Positions 53,305 to 61,777 of a stretch of 64,000 bases of DNA are shown here, one piece after another. Location of the stretch: the NCBI GenBank assembly GCA_005882335.1, contig VBAP01000008.1, positions 346-64,345 of the forward strand, in the 5' to 3' direction. The notes below the pieces were generated by a model. It searched no databases. It saw nothing but the letters and a program-made list of their open reading frames with translations, and had not been told where the DNA came from. The DNA is from Candidatus Segetimicrobium genomatis. Lineage in GTDB: Bacteria; Sysuimicrobiota; Sysuimicrobiia; Sysuimicrobiales; Kaftiobacteriaceae. Every line of letters begins with the position of its first letter. Positions within the stretch are counted from its first letter, which is position 1. The position numbers and the translations under genes were made by a program.

Positions 53305-54308
53305 GAGCGTGCCAGCGGTATCTGGATCACGAAGGTGGCACCCTCTCCTGGTGGGCTGATGGCCTCGATGGTGCCCTGATGGTCTTTGATGATTCCGTAC
53401 GCAATGGAGAGGCCCAATCCGGTTCCGTGACCGACGTCTTTGGTCGTGAAGAACGGGTCGAAGATCCGCTGTTCCAGTCCCGGGGGAATACCCGGGCCGG
53501 TGTCGCTGATGGCCATCTCCAGCCGGTCGTCGTTGATCGCGCTGCGGATACGGAGCACCTTTACCGGCGCGTCCTGCAGCGCATCCCGGGCGTTGGCGAG
53601 GATATTCATGAACACTTGCTCCAGCTGAATGGGACTGCCCGTGACCACCGGGTTGGCGGGACTGAGATCGAGCTCCACGGAGATCTCCCGCAGCCGCAAC
53701 TGCTCGCTGATCAGCGACAGCGCCCGCAGCACGACCTCGTTGATGGCCACATCCTCGTAGCCGACCGGGGCGAGGCGGCCGAAGGTACGCAGGTGCGAGA
53801 TGATCTCTGAGGCCTTGCGGACCTGCAGCACTGCCGCGTTGAGATCGGCCAGCACGTGCCCCTTGTCCTCCCGGCCCAACTCGACGAGGTCGATGACGTT
53901 GCCAAGGAATAACCCAATGTTGTTGAGGGGGTTGTTCAGCTCGTGCGCGATGCCGGTCGTGAGTTCACCCAGCGTGGCCAGCTTGCCCGCCTGCACCAGC
54001 TGTTCCTGCTTGTCGCGCAGCTCCCGCTCGCGCCGGGTGATCTCCTCCGTAGTTTTGCGCAGGTCGTCCATGATGTGGATCATCGCCTTCCGCGCATTCT
54101 CCAGCTTGAGGTTGGACTGGTGCTGGTCCTGGAGGATGTGCAGGAGGGCGCGGCGGTGGTCTTCGCGCAGGCGCAGCCGCTCATCGAGCGCCTCCACCTG
54201 CTCGCGCAGCCGCGCGTTCTTCAGGAGCAGCTCGGCTTCGCGCGCCGTCGCCATGGAGCCGGCGACCCGCCCCGCCCCGCCAGGCGACGCTGCCTGTGCG
54301 GTGGACAT
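53301..54308 (-). CDS. Cytoplasmic histidine kinase (coiled-coil, HisKA and HATPase)
   Basis: H-box ELTTGIAHELNNPLNNI, and G-box GLGLSIAYGIIKDHQGTI. Confidence 0.85.
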   Translation of the reverse strand: MSTAQAASPGGAGRVAGSMATAREAELLLKNARLREQVEALDERLRLREDHRRALLHILQDQHQSNLKLENARKAMIHIMDDLRKTTEEITRRERELRDKQEQLVQAGKLATLGELTTGIAHELNNPLNNIGLFLGNVIDLVELGREDKGHVLADLNAAVLQVRKASEIISHLRTFGRLAPVGYEDVAINEVVLRALSLISEQLRLREISVELDLSPANPVVTGSPIQLEQVFMNILANARDALQDAPVKVLRIRSAINDDRLEMAISDTGPGIPPGLEQRIFDPFFTTKDVGHGTGLGLSIAYGIIKDHQGTIEAISPPGEGATFVIQIPLARS

Positions 54309-55657
54309 CAGCGCGGTCCCCGCTCGGTCCGCAGACGCTCCACGTCTGCCCGCAGCTGTTCCAGCTCTTTTTCCAACGCGATCATCTTGAGCTCACGGCC
54401 GACGACGACTTCCTCAAATTTCTCCAACTCTAAGACCTTTTCTTGCAGTTCGGTGCGGGACTTCTCCAGATCGCTGACGACCTGCTCGTAGGCGCGCATG
54501 TCCCGCAGGATGCCGATCGCGCCGATGACTTTCCCATCCAGGTCGCGCAGGTTGCTGGCATTGAGCGTGGTGGGGATGACCTCGCCGCTGGCGCTGCGGG
54601 GGTTCAGGCGCACGTTGCGGGTCACACCCCGCTCCACGACTTCCCGCAGGGCGGCGACAAATTCTTTCGTCTCTTGGGGGGAGATGAACCGCGACAGCGA
54701 CTGCTCGATCAGTTCGTCCGGACGGAACCCCAGCAGCTCCGAACACGCGTCGTTGACCTGGAGGATCTTCCCTTCCAGGTCGGAGACGAACACCGGGTCC
54801 GGGGCGTTCTTGATCAGGCTTTCTGCGTAGGCGCGCGCTTTGTCCAACTCGCGCATGTCTCGCAGGATGCCGATCGCGCCGATCGCCCTCCCCTCTGCAT
54901 CCCGCAGGGCGCTGGCGTTGAGGGTCGTGGGGATGACCTCGCCGGTTGCACTCCGGGGGTTGAGGCGGGCGTCGCGGGTGACCCCCCGCTCCACCACCTC
55001 CCGCAGGGCTACGACGAACTCTTGCGTCTCTTTGGGGGAGATGAACCGCGACAGCGACTGTTCGATCAGTTCGTCCGGACGGAACCCCAGCAGTTCGGAA
55101 CACGCGTCGTTGACCTGGAGGATCTTGCCTTCCAGGTCGGAGACGAACACCGGGTCCGGGGCATTCTTGATCAGGCTTTCTGCGTAGGCGCGCGCTTTGT
55201 CCAACTCGCGCATGTCCCGCAGGATGCCAATCGCGCCGATCACTTTCCCATCCCCGTCCCGCAGCTCCGACGCGTTCAACGTGGTGGGGATGACTTCGCC
55301 CATGGCGCTGCGCGGGCTGAGCACAACGTTGCGCGTCACCCCCCGCTCCACCACCTCACGCAACGCCGCCAGAAATTCTTGCGTTTCATGCGCCGAGATG
55401 AAACGCGACAATGACTGCTCAATAAGTTCAGCTGGCCGGAACCCGAGCAGTTCGTATACCGCATCGTTGGCCTGCAGGATTTTGCCTTCGAGATCGGCGA
55501 CGAACACGGGATCCGGGGCATTGCGGATGATGATGTTCGCGTCTAGTTGGGCGTGGGCCCTGATCACCTCCCTCTCATCTTGCGCATCTTCCACAATCGT
55601 CTCGGGCAAGCCAACAGACATACCTGCCTTGTCGATGACACCTTTGCGTCTGGCCAT
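54308..55657 (-). CDS. Triple-PAS-domain protein with a C-terminal coiled coil. It is made of three near-identical tandem repeats of about 119 aa.
   Basis: NAPDPVFV(A/S)DLEGKILQ(A/V)ND...GAIGILRDMRELDKARAYAESLIK is repeated three times. The DNA repeat period is 357 bp. Confidence 0.8.
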   Translation of the reverse strand: MARRKGVIDKAGMSVGLPETIVEDAQDEREVIRAHAQLDANIIIRNAPDPVFVADLEGKILQANDAVYELLGFRPAELIEQSLSRFISAHETQEFLAALREVVERGVTRNVVLSPRSAMGEVIPTTLNASELRDGDGKVIGAIGILRDMRELDKARAYAESLIKNAPDPVFVSDLEGKILQVNDACSELLGFRPDELIEQSLSRFISPKETQEFVVALREVVERGVTRDARLNPRSATGEVIPTTLNASALRDAEGRAIGAIGILRDMRELDKARAYAESLIKNAPDPVFVSDLEGKILQVNDACSELLGFRPDELIEQSLSRFISPQETKEFVAALREVVERGVTRNVRLNPRSASGEVIPTTLNASNLRDLDGKVIGAIGILRDMRAYEQVVSDLEKSRTELQEKVLELEKFEEVVVGRELKMIALEKELEQLRADVERLRTERGPR

Positions 55658-56102
55658 CGCGGGATCCCCTTTCCCATCGCCGGGGTGTAACCCGGCGTCA
55701 GACCGGCGCCAACATCATTGATTTTTTCCCCCCGGAAGGCTGGGGTTAAACCCCAATTTGGGAGTAAAAAGGCCCGGGCCCGGCTCCCCCATACATGCCG
55801 TGGGGCCGGGCCAGGGTCTATCGTTTGAAATAGAGAAGGTTACAGACCCTACACTGTTTGCTCACGGGATGCTTGGCCGGGTCGACCGGGTCATGCTGGG
55901 TGCGCGCATCTTCCCGCCGTTGAGCGGGAGGCAGTGGGACGCTGAGGACTCCCCAGTTGCCATACGGAACAGGTGTTCATCAGTAATTTAGCCGATGGCA
56001 CCCGGGCCAAGACGTCATATGATCGGAGGAGAAAATTGCGCTGACACACATGAGATCAGGGCCCGCCAAAGTGTTTGTGGTGGGCACATACAGGCGCGGA
56101 GA

Positions 56103-56200
56103 GACCCCTTTCCGAACAGGCAAACCCGCCGCGAGGCGGGGACGCAAAGCCACGGGTCAGGGATCAACCTGACAGCCGGGCTGCCGAAGAAGGGGTAATG
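56103..56200 (+). ncRNA. c-di-GMP-I (GEMM) riboswitch aptamer, copy 1
   Basis: GGCAAACC, a P2 hairpin with a GCGA tetraloop, GGGACGCAAAGCC, and a P3 stem (CGGGTCAGG...CCTGACAGCCGGGCUGCCGA). These match the Vc2-type consensus. P1 is CCCCUU/AAGGGG. Confidence 0.7.
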
Positions 56201-56220
56201 TTTTTCGCTTCCACCGGAAC

Positions 56221-56250
56221 TGGCGGTCTCCCGCACAAAGGAGACCGCCA
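56221..56250 (+). promoter_or_regulatory. SD-sequestering hairpin (GGCGGTCTCC / GGAGACCGCC) directly upstream of the start codon. It is conserved in all three copies and is the likely riboswitch expression platform.
   Basis: A 10-bp perfect inverted repeat containing AAGGAG, ending at the ATG. Confidence 0.55.
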
Positions 56251-57995
56251 TGTTTTTGGCAGTTCGCAACGGATTCGCCCGTTCCGTTCTGGTGACATTC
56301 CTCACCTGCATGTTTCTGTTCCAACCACTGGGATCGATTGACGTGCTGGCACCTTCTCCCGTCTTTGCCCAGTCCATTCCGTACCTCTCGCAGTGGGAAA
56401 CCAACATGCGCACCTACGGTTCGCTGCACTGCGTCCTCGGAACGCTGGATCAGGTCTACTACGACGCCGAGCGCGTCTACTATCAGATCGCCGACTACAC
56501 CGGCGATCCCTCCTGGCTGAACTGCAGCCAGCTCGCCGAAACCGTCTACCGCGACCAGTATGTCCTGCCCAACAACGGCAGCGTCCCCGGCCACTGGAAC
56601 TTCACCACCGGCCTGCGCCTCGACGCCCAGCGCACCGCTGACGCCCAGTCCAAGACCGCCGCGGTCCTGCTCTCCCAACATGCCGCCTTCGCCACTGACG
56701 GCACCCCCCTGGCCTGGACCCAGAGCGCCGACTACAGCCGCGAGGTCGCCTACGCCGTCGTCAGCTACATCGACGCCCAGGCCCTGGGCGAGCCCTTGCG
56801 CCAGCGCCGCATCGATCTCGTCACCCAGGCCTACGACCACATGGCCCAGTGGTTCGTCCGCTTCGCCTGGCCCGGGCCCTGGCAGCAGAGCCCCCAGGAG
56901 ACCATCCGCCTGGCCCCGTTCATGGTCGGCCTCACCGCCCACACGCTGATCCGCGACTGGGAACAGACCAAAGACTCCCGCCTCATCCCGACCCTCCGCC
57001 TGGCCGCCGACTGGATGTGGGCCAACGCCTGGATTCCTTCCACCCAGGCCATGTGGTACGAGTTTCCAGATCAAGGTCAGCCCTGCTGTCAGGCCAGCGG
57101 CCCGGCGCCCGACTTGAACCTGCTCATTGCCCCCATCTACGCTTTCCTCTACCGGCAAACCGGCGAGACGAAGTATCGCGACGAAGGCGACGCGATCTTT
57201 GCCGGCGGTGTTGCGCAGGCGTGGCTCGGCGGTGGCAAGCAGTTCGATCAGAACTACTGGTGGAGCTTTGATTACGTGACGTGGCGATCCGCGGTGCCCG
57301 CGGCGGCTGACGCCATCGCTCCTGCCGTGGCCATCACCGCTCCGGCCAGCGGATCTACCGTGTCCGGCGCCAGCGTCACCGTTTCCGCTACCGCCTCCGA
57401 CAACGTCGGAGTCGTCGGTGTGCAGTTCACGCTCGACGGGACCAATCTCGGGACTGAGGATACGACCGCACCGTATGCGATCATCTGGAGTACGACCATG
57501 GTGCCAAATGGCGCTCACACCCTGACCGCCGTGGCGCGCGACGCCGCCGGGAACCGAACCATCTCTGCAGCCGTCGGCGTCACCGTCAGCAACACGGTCG
57601 CCGATACTATGCCACCGGTGATCTCGTCCGTCACCGCGGTGTCGGTTACCTCGTCCGGGGCCATCATCACCTGGACCACAAACGAGCCGGCCGACTCGCA
57701 GGTCGAGTACGGCCGGAACATCAATTACGGGATCGTCACGCCGCTCGACACCCGCCTGGTGACCGTACACTCGGTCATGCTCATCGGCCTGGCGGCGAGG
57801 ACCCCATATCACTACCGCGTAAAGTCCAAGGACACAGCAGGGAACCTCACCAAGTCGGCAGACTTCACGTTCAAGACGACCAGTTCCACCGCCGACGCCA
57901 CCCGGCCGCCGATCGCCCTGACAGCACCGATGCCAGCGATGACAATCATTTCGGGGACCGTCACAGTCTTCGGTAACGGTGGCATTCTTGCCTAG
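56250..57995 (+). CDS. Secreted multidomain protein, paralogue 1: signal peptide, conserved W-rich N-domain of about 330 aa (unknown, possibly carbohydrate-active), a bacterial Ig-like domain and an FN3-like domain
   Basis: 581 aa. The N-domain motifs are shared by all three paralogues (QWETNMRT(Y/F)GS(L/M)HCVLGTLD, WPGPWQQSP, QNYWWSFDYV). The Ig-like domain has SDNVGVVGVQFTLDGTNLG. The FN3-like domain has TWTTNEPADSQVEYG...YHYRVKSKD. Confidence 0.7.
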   Translation: MFLAVRNGFARSVLVTFLTCMFLFQPLGSIDVLAPSPVFAQSIPYLSQWETNMRTYGSLHCVLGTLDQVYYDAERVYYQIADYTGDPSWLNCSQLAETVYRDQYVLPNNGSVPGHWNFTTGLRLDAQRTADAQSKTAAVLLSQHAAFATDGTPLAWTQSADYSREVAYAVVSYIDAQALGEPLRQRRIDLVTQAYDHMAQWFVRFAWPGPWQQSPQETIRLAPFMVGLTAHTLIRDWEQTKDSRLIPTLRLAADWMWANAWIPSTQAMWYEFPDQGQPCCQASGPAPDLNLLIAPIYAFLYRQTGETKYRDEGDAIFAGGVAQAWLGGGKQFDQNYWWSFDYVTWRSAVPAAADAIAPAVAITAPASGSTVSGASVTVSATASDNVGVVGVQFTLDGTNLGTEDTTAPYAIIWSTTMVPNGAHTLTAVARDAAGNRTISAAVGVTVSNTVADTMPPVISSVTAVSVTSSGAIITWTTNEPADSQVEYGRNINYGIVTPLDTRLVTVHSVMLIGLAARTPYHYRVKSKDTAGNLTKSADFTFKTTSSTADATRPPIALTAPMPAMTIISGTVTVFGNGGILA

Positions 57996-58127
57996 GGGCC
58001 TCTGTATCGGTGGATCGGCTCCAGCAGGGTGTCGTCCAGGTCGGAGCACATCTGCACCGGTTAAGAAGGTGGGAGGCAGAGCCTGATGGCGGGAGGGCGT
58101 ATCCTCCTAAAGATACAACATGGTGAT

Positions 58128-58433
58128 TCAATGTTTCATCTCGGGCGGCTCGATGTTCTCAATCAGACCGGTTTCACTCCGCGCCTTGGACCGCTTCTGA
58201 AAGTACGTCAGCCGGGATTGCCCACGTTCCGACAGTCGATAGCGATAGACCCCTTGCTCACCGGCTCGCTCACGCGTCGCCAGCCCCTGCCGGACCAGAC
58301 GCAGCAGCCCCATCGCCGCGACTGAGTAGTGCACTCCGAACGCACGTGCGACACCGTTTGCATCCGCCTCGTCAGTATGAGCGAGGTACGAGAGAAGATC
58401 ATGCTTCTGAAGGCCACGCATGGAGAAGATCAC
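58128..58433 (-). CDS. Small winged-helix DNA-binding protein (101 aa)
   Basis: LLSYLAHTDEADANGVARAFGVHYSVAAMGLLRLVRQGLATRERAGEQGVYRYRLSERG is a wHTH pattern (MarR/PadR-like). The family is uncertain. Confidence 0.4.
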   Translation of the reverse strand: MIFSMRGLQKHDLLSYLAHTDEADANGVARAFGVHYSVAAMGLLRLVRQGLATRERAGEQGVYRYRLSERGQSRLTYFQKRSKARSETGLIENIEPPEMKH

Positions 58434-58619
58434 CCGCTAGTTGTTATATGGGCGAACAGCCGCTTTCTTGACAGGTAGGCTTCTCGTATGGTGCAATTCA
58501 AGGGAACCCCTTAAAAATCGGCTGGAATTCACCTGACTTGAGTCAGGGAGGTTTGGGGAGCGTTTATAGGATTAGTTTGTAGCAGTTTGCACAACCTATA
58601 GAGTCGCGGAACGACCCCT

Positions 58620-58716
58620 TTCCGACAAGGGCAAACCCGTCGCGAGGCGGGGACGCAAAACCACGGGTCAGGAGACGATCCTGATAGCCGGGCTACCGAA
58701 GAAGGGGTAATGTTTT
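58620..58716 (+). ncRNA. c-di-GMP-I (GEMM) riboswitch aptamer, copy 2
   Basis: Same architecture as copy 1, with compensatory or wobble substitutions in P2 (CGUC/GGCG) and P3. Confidence 0.65.
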
Positions 58717-58762
58717 CGGTCCCCCTGGACTGGCGGTCTTCCGCATGAAGGAGACCGCCATA

Positions 58763-61582
58763 ATGTTGTTGGCAGGACGTCGCGTCTTCACCCATCCGCT
58801 CTTCCTCGCGTGTCTCATCGGCGCATTCCTGTTTCAACCCATTGGGGCGGTCTCCATCTTTCTCCCTTCCGCTACCGCGGTGGCCCAGTCCATTGCCATC
58901 CCGCAACTCACCCAGTGGGAAACCAACATGCGCACCTTCGGGTCAATGCACTGCGTTCTCGGCACGCTGGACAACGCCTACTACGACGCCGAGCGCGTCT
59001 ACTACCAGATCGCGAACTACACCGGCGATCCGTCCTGGATGGCCTGCTCCCAGCTGGGCGAGACGGTCTACCGTGACCAGTATGTGCTGCCGAACAACGG
59101 CAACGTTCCGGGGCATTGGAACTTTACTACCGGCCTGCGGACAGACTACGAACACTCGGCTGACGGGACGTCGAAGAACGCCGCGATCTTGCTTTCGCAG
59201 AATGCGGCCTATGCCCGGGACGGCACTCCACTCGCCTGGACCCAGAGTGCGGACACCAGCCGGGAAGTCGCCTACGCCATTCTCAGTTACATCAATACCG
59301 AGGCTCTTGGCGAACCGCCGCGCCAGCGGCGCGTCGACCTCGTCAACCAGGCCTACGATCATATGGCCCAGTGGTTCGTGCGCTTCGCCTGGCCCGGGCC
59401 CTGGCAGCAGAGCCCCCAGGAAACCGGCCGCCTGGCTCCGTTCATGGTCGGGCTCACCGCCCACACGCTGATCCGAGACTGGGAGCAGACCAACGATCCC
59501 CGCCTCATCCCGGCCCTCCGGTTGGCCGCCGACTGGATGTGGGCCAACGCCTGGATCCCCTCGGCTGAGGCGATGTGGTACGAGTTCCCGGATCAAACTC
59601 AGGCCTGCTGTCAGGCCAGCGGCGCCGCCCCTGATTTGAACCTCCTCATCGCCCCGATGTATGCCTTCCTCTACCGGCAGACCGGCGAGACGAAATACCG
59701 TGACGAGGGCGACGCGATCTTCGCCGGCGGTGTTAAGTTTGCGGGGCTCGGTGGCGGCAAGCAGTTCGATCAGAACTACTGGTGGAGCTTCGACTACGTG
59801 AAGTGGCGAGCTGCGGCGCCCCCGGCCGCCGACACATTGCGGCCCACGGTGGCGATCACGGCTCCCAGCAGCGGGGCGACCGTGTCCGGCCCCAGCATCA
59901 CCGTCTCCGCCGTGGCCTCCGATAATGTAGGCGTCGCCAGCATGCAGTTCACGCTGGACGGAACCAATCTCGGCCCGGCGGTCACGGCCCTCCCGTACAC
60001 GCTGACCTGGAACACAACCACCGCGGCCAACGGATCGCACGTGCTCGCGGCGAAGGCTTCCGACGCCGCCGGCAACGTCGGATCCAGCGCGCCGGTCACG
60101 CTCACGGTGGCAAATGCCGACACGACCCCTCCCGCGGTCACGGTAACGACGCCGGGGTCGGGCGCGACGGTCTCGGGCGCGATCACGATCTCTGCATACG
60201 CCTCGGATAACATCGGCGTCGCTGGAGTCCAGTTTCGCATCGACGGGGCCAACTTTGGGACCGAGGTCAGCACGCCACCATTCGCGGTGGCCTGGAACAC
60301 GGCGATCGTGCCCGACGGCCTGCACACGCTGACCGCGGTGGCGCGCGACTCAGCGGGGAACAGGACGACATCGGCCGCCGTCAGCATCACCGTCAACAAC
60401 GGAGTCGTCACTGCACCTCCTGTAATCACTTCGGTCGCGGTCTCCACCATCACCACGTCCGGCGCTCTCATTGCCTGGGTGACGAGCGAGCCGGCCGATT
60501 CACAGGTCGAGTACGGTGCGTCCACGAGCTACGGGAGCGTGACCCCGCTCGATGCCGGCATGGTCACCGCGCATGGTGTCACGCTGACCGGGCTGACCGC
60601 CGGCACCAGCTACTACTACCGGGTCAAATCCAAGAATGCTGCGAGCAATCAAGCCGTCTCCGGGGACTTCACCTTCGCGACCACTCCGGCGGCCACCGGT
60701 CCGGCGCCCCAGGATTCGGGGAGTCCACCCCCGGCTCAAGCGTCCGGCAACGCAGCAGGTGGAACGTCTGGGGGCTCGGGAGTCGCCTCTGGTGGAGCCG
60801 CCGGAGGCGCCGCGTCAATGCCGGGCAGTCTCGCCACTGGCGCGACGGCCAGCCCGATTCCAGGAGCTCTTTCGGTCGAAGGAGCACCAGCGACAGCGCC
60901 GGCGCCACTCGCTGGAAATCTTCCCGTGGGATCGGCACCCGGTCAGGTCCAGAGTGTCGTCTGGAGCAACCTCGTGAACGTGACCGCCAGCGGCAGTTCT
61001 CTGACGAAGATTTCTGGCTGCGACGGCTGTCCCGATGCCGGCGCCGTTTCACAGCAACGGATCACCACCGGTGACGGGTACCTGGAGTTCACGGCCTCCG
61101 AAACGGCCACATGGCGTCGCATCGGCTTCACCAGCGGGAGCCCTGGCACCGGCAGGGGCGAGCTCCGCTTCGCGATCAGCCTCCGGCCCGGCGGCATCGC
61201 CGACGTGCGAGAGGGGGCGATGCTTCGCACCAACGCGACCTACACCCGCGGCGACGTGTTCCGCATCGCGGTCGTCTCCGGCACGGTCCGTTACTTCAAG
61301 AATGGGCGCCTCCTCTATCTCAGCGGCGCGGCCCCGAGCTACCCGCTCGAGGTCACGACGCTGCTGCTGAGCCGCGGGGCTACCGTGACACACGCGATGA
61401 TTTCCGGACGGCTCTCAGTGGGAACGTGGCTGCCTGTCCATCCGCGGCTGCTGGTGGCGTTCCCCCCGAGTCCACCTCTGGCAACTCGGTGCAGCCGCAA
61501 CGACATCTCGGCAGGGGTGCCCGTGCCCTGGGTCAGGGTGTTTGGGCCTAGCGACAGAGTCGAAGGAGCGAAGGTCGTGTAG
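58763..61582 (+). CDS. Secreted multidomain protein, paralogue 2: W-rich N-domain, two Ig-like domains, an FN3-like domain, a Gly/Ala/Ser/Pro-rich linker and a C-terminal beta-jelly-roll-like domain. The start was chosen at MLLAGRRVF by homology.
   Basis: The ORF in the track starts at 58745 (MKETAIM), which lies inside the conserved SD-hairpin. Homology to paralogue 1 favours the second ATG, at 58763. Confidence 0.7.
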   Translation: MLLAGRRVFTHPLFLACLIGAFLFQPIGAVSIFLPSATAVAQSIAIPQLTQWETNMRTFGSMHCVLGTLDNAYYDAERVYYQIANYTGDPSWMACSQLGETVYRDQYVLPNNGNVPGHWNFTTGLRTDYEHSADGTSKNAAILLSQNAAYARDGTPLAWTQSADTSREVAYAILSYINTEALGEPPRQRRVDLVNQAYDHMAQWFVRFAWPGPWQQSPQETGRLAPFMVGLTAHTLIRDWEQTNDPRLIPALRLAADWMWANAWIPSAEAMWYEFPDQTQACCQASGAAPDLNLLIAPMYAFLYRQTGETKYRDEGDAIFAGGVKFAGLGGGKQFDQNYWWSFDYVKWRAAAPPAADTLRPTVAITAPSSGATVSGPSITVSAVASDNVGVASMQFTLDGTNLGPAVTALPYTLTWNTTTAANGSHVLAAKASDAAGNVGSSAPVTLTVANADTTPPAVTVTTPGSGATVSGAITISAYASDNIGVAGVQFRIDGANFGTEVSTPPFAVAWNTAIVPDGLHTLTAVARDSAGNRTTSAAVSITVNNGVVTAPPVITSVAVSTITTSGALIAWVTSEPADSQVEYGASTSYGSVTPLDAGMVTAHGVTLTGLTAGTSYYYRVKSKNAASNQAVSGDFTFATTPAATGPAPQDSGSPPPAQASGNAAGGTSGGSGVASGGAAGGAASMPGSLATGATASPIPGALSVEGAPATAPAPLAGNLPVGSAPGQVQSVVWSNLVNVTASGSSLTKISGCDGCPDAGAVSQQRITTGDGYLEFTASETATWRRIGFTSGSPGTGRGELRFAISLRPGGIADVREGAMLRTNATYTRGDVFRIAVVSGTVRYFKNGRLLYLSGAAPSYPLEVTTLLLSRGATVTHAMISGRLSVGTWLPVHPRLLVAFPPSPPLATRCSRNDISAGVPVPWVRVFGPSDRVEGAKVV

Positions 61583-61606
61583 AGTTCGCGAGACACAAAA
61601 CTTGCG

Positions 61607-61700
61607 GAGAGATCCCTTGCGATAAAGGCAAACCCGTCGTGAGGCGGGGGCGCAAAGCCGCGGGTCAGGAGGTGATCCTGACAGCCGGGCTGCCGATGAA
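61607..61700 (+). ncRNA. c-di-GMP-I (GEMM) riboswitch aptamer, copy 3
   Basis: P1 covaries (UCCCUU/AAGGGA versus CCCCUU/AAGGGG in copies 1 and 2). P2 has a GUGA tetraloop. GGGGGCGCAAAGCC. The P3 stem is conserved. An SD hairpin (CGGTCTCC / GGAGACCG) lies before the ATG at 61778. Confidence 0.65.
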
Positions 61701-61777
61701 GGGACACTGAGACGGTCCTGCTGCGACCGGCGGCCTCCTGGACCCGCGGTCTCCCCGCCAACACAAAGGAGACCGTC

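Noticed and set aside
55660-56100. ORF 55758-55991 (77 aa) and a possible sRNA in the AT-richer spacer
   Set aside because: The ORF has no SD and low-complexity composition. The region is probably the divergent promoter region for the PAS operon and for riboswitch copy 1.
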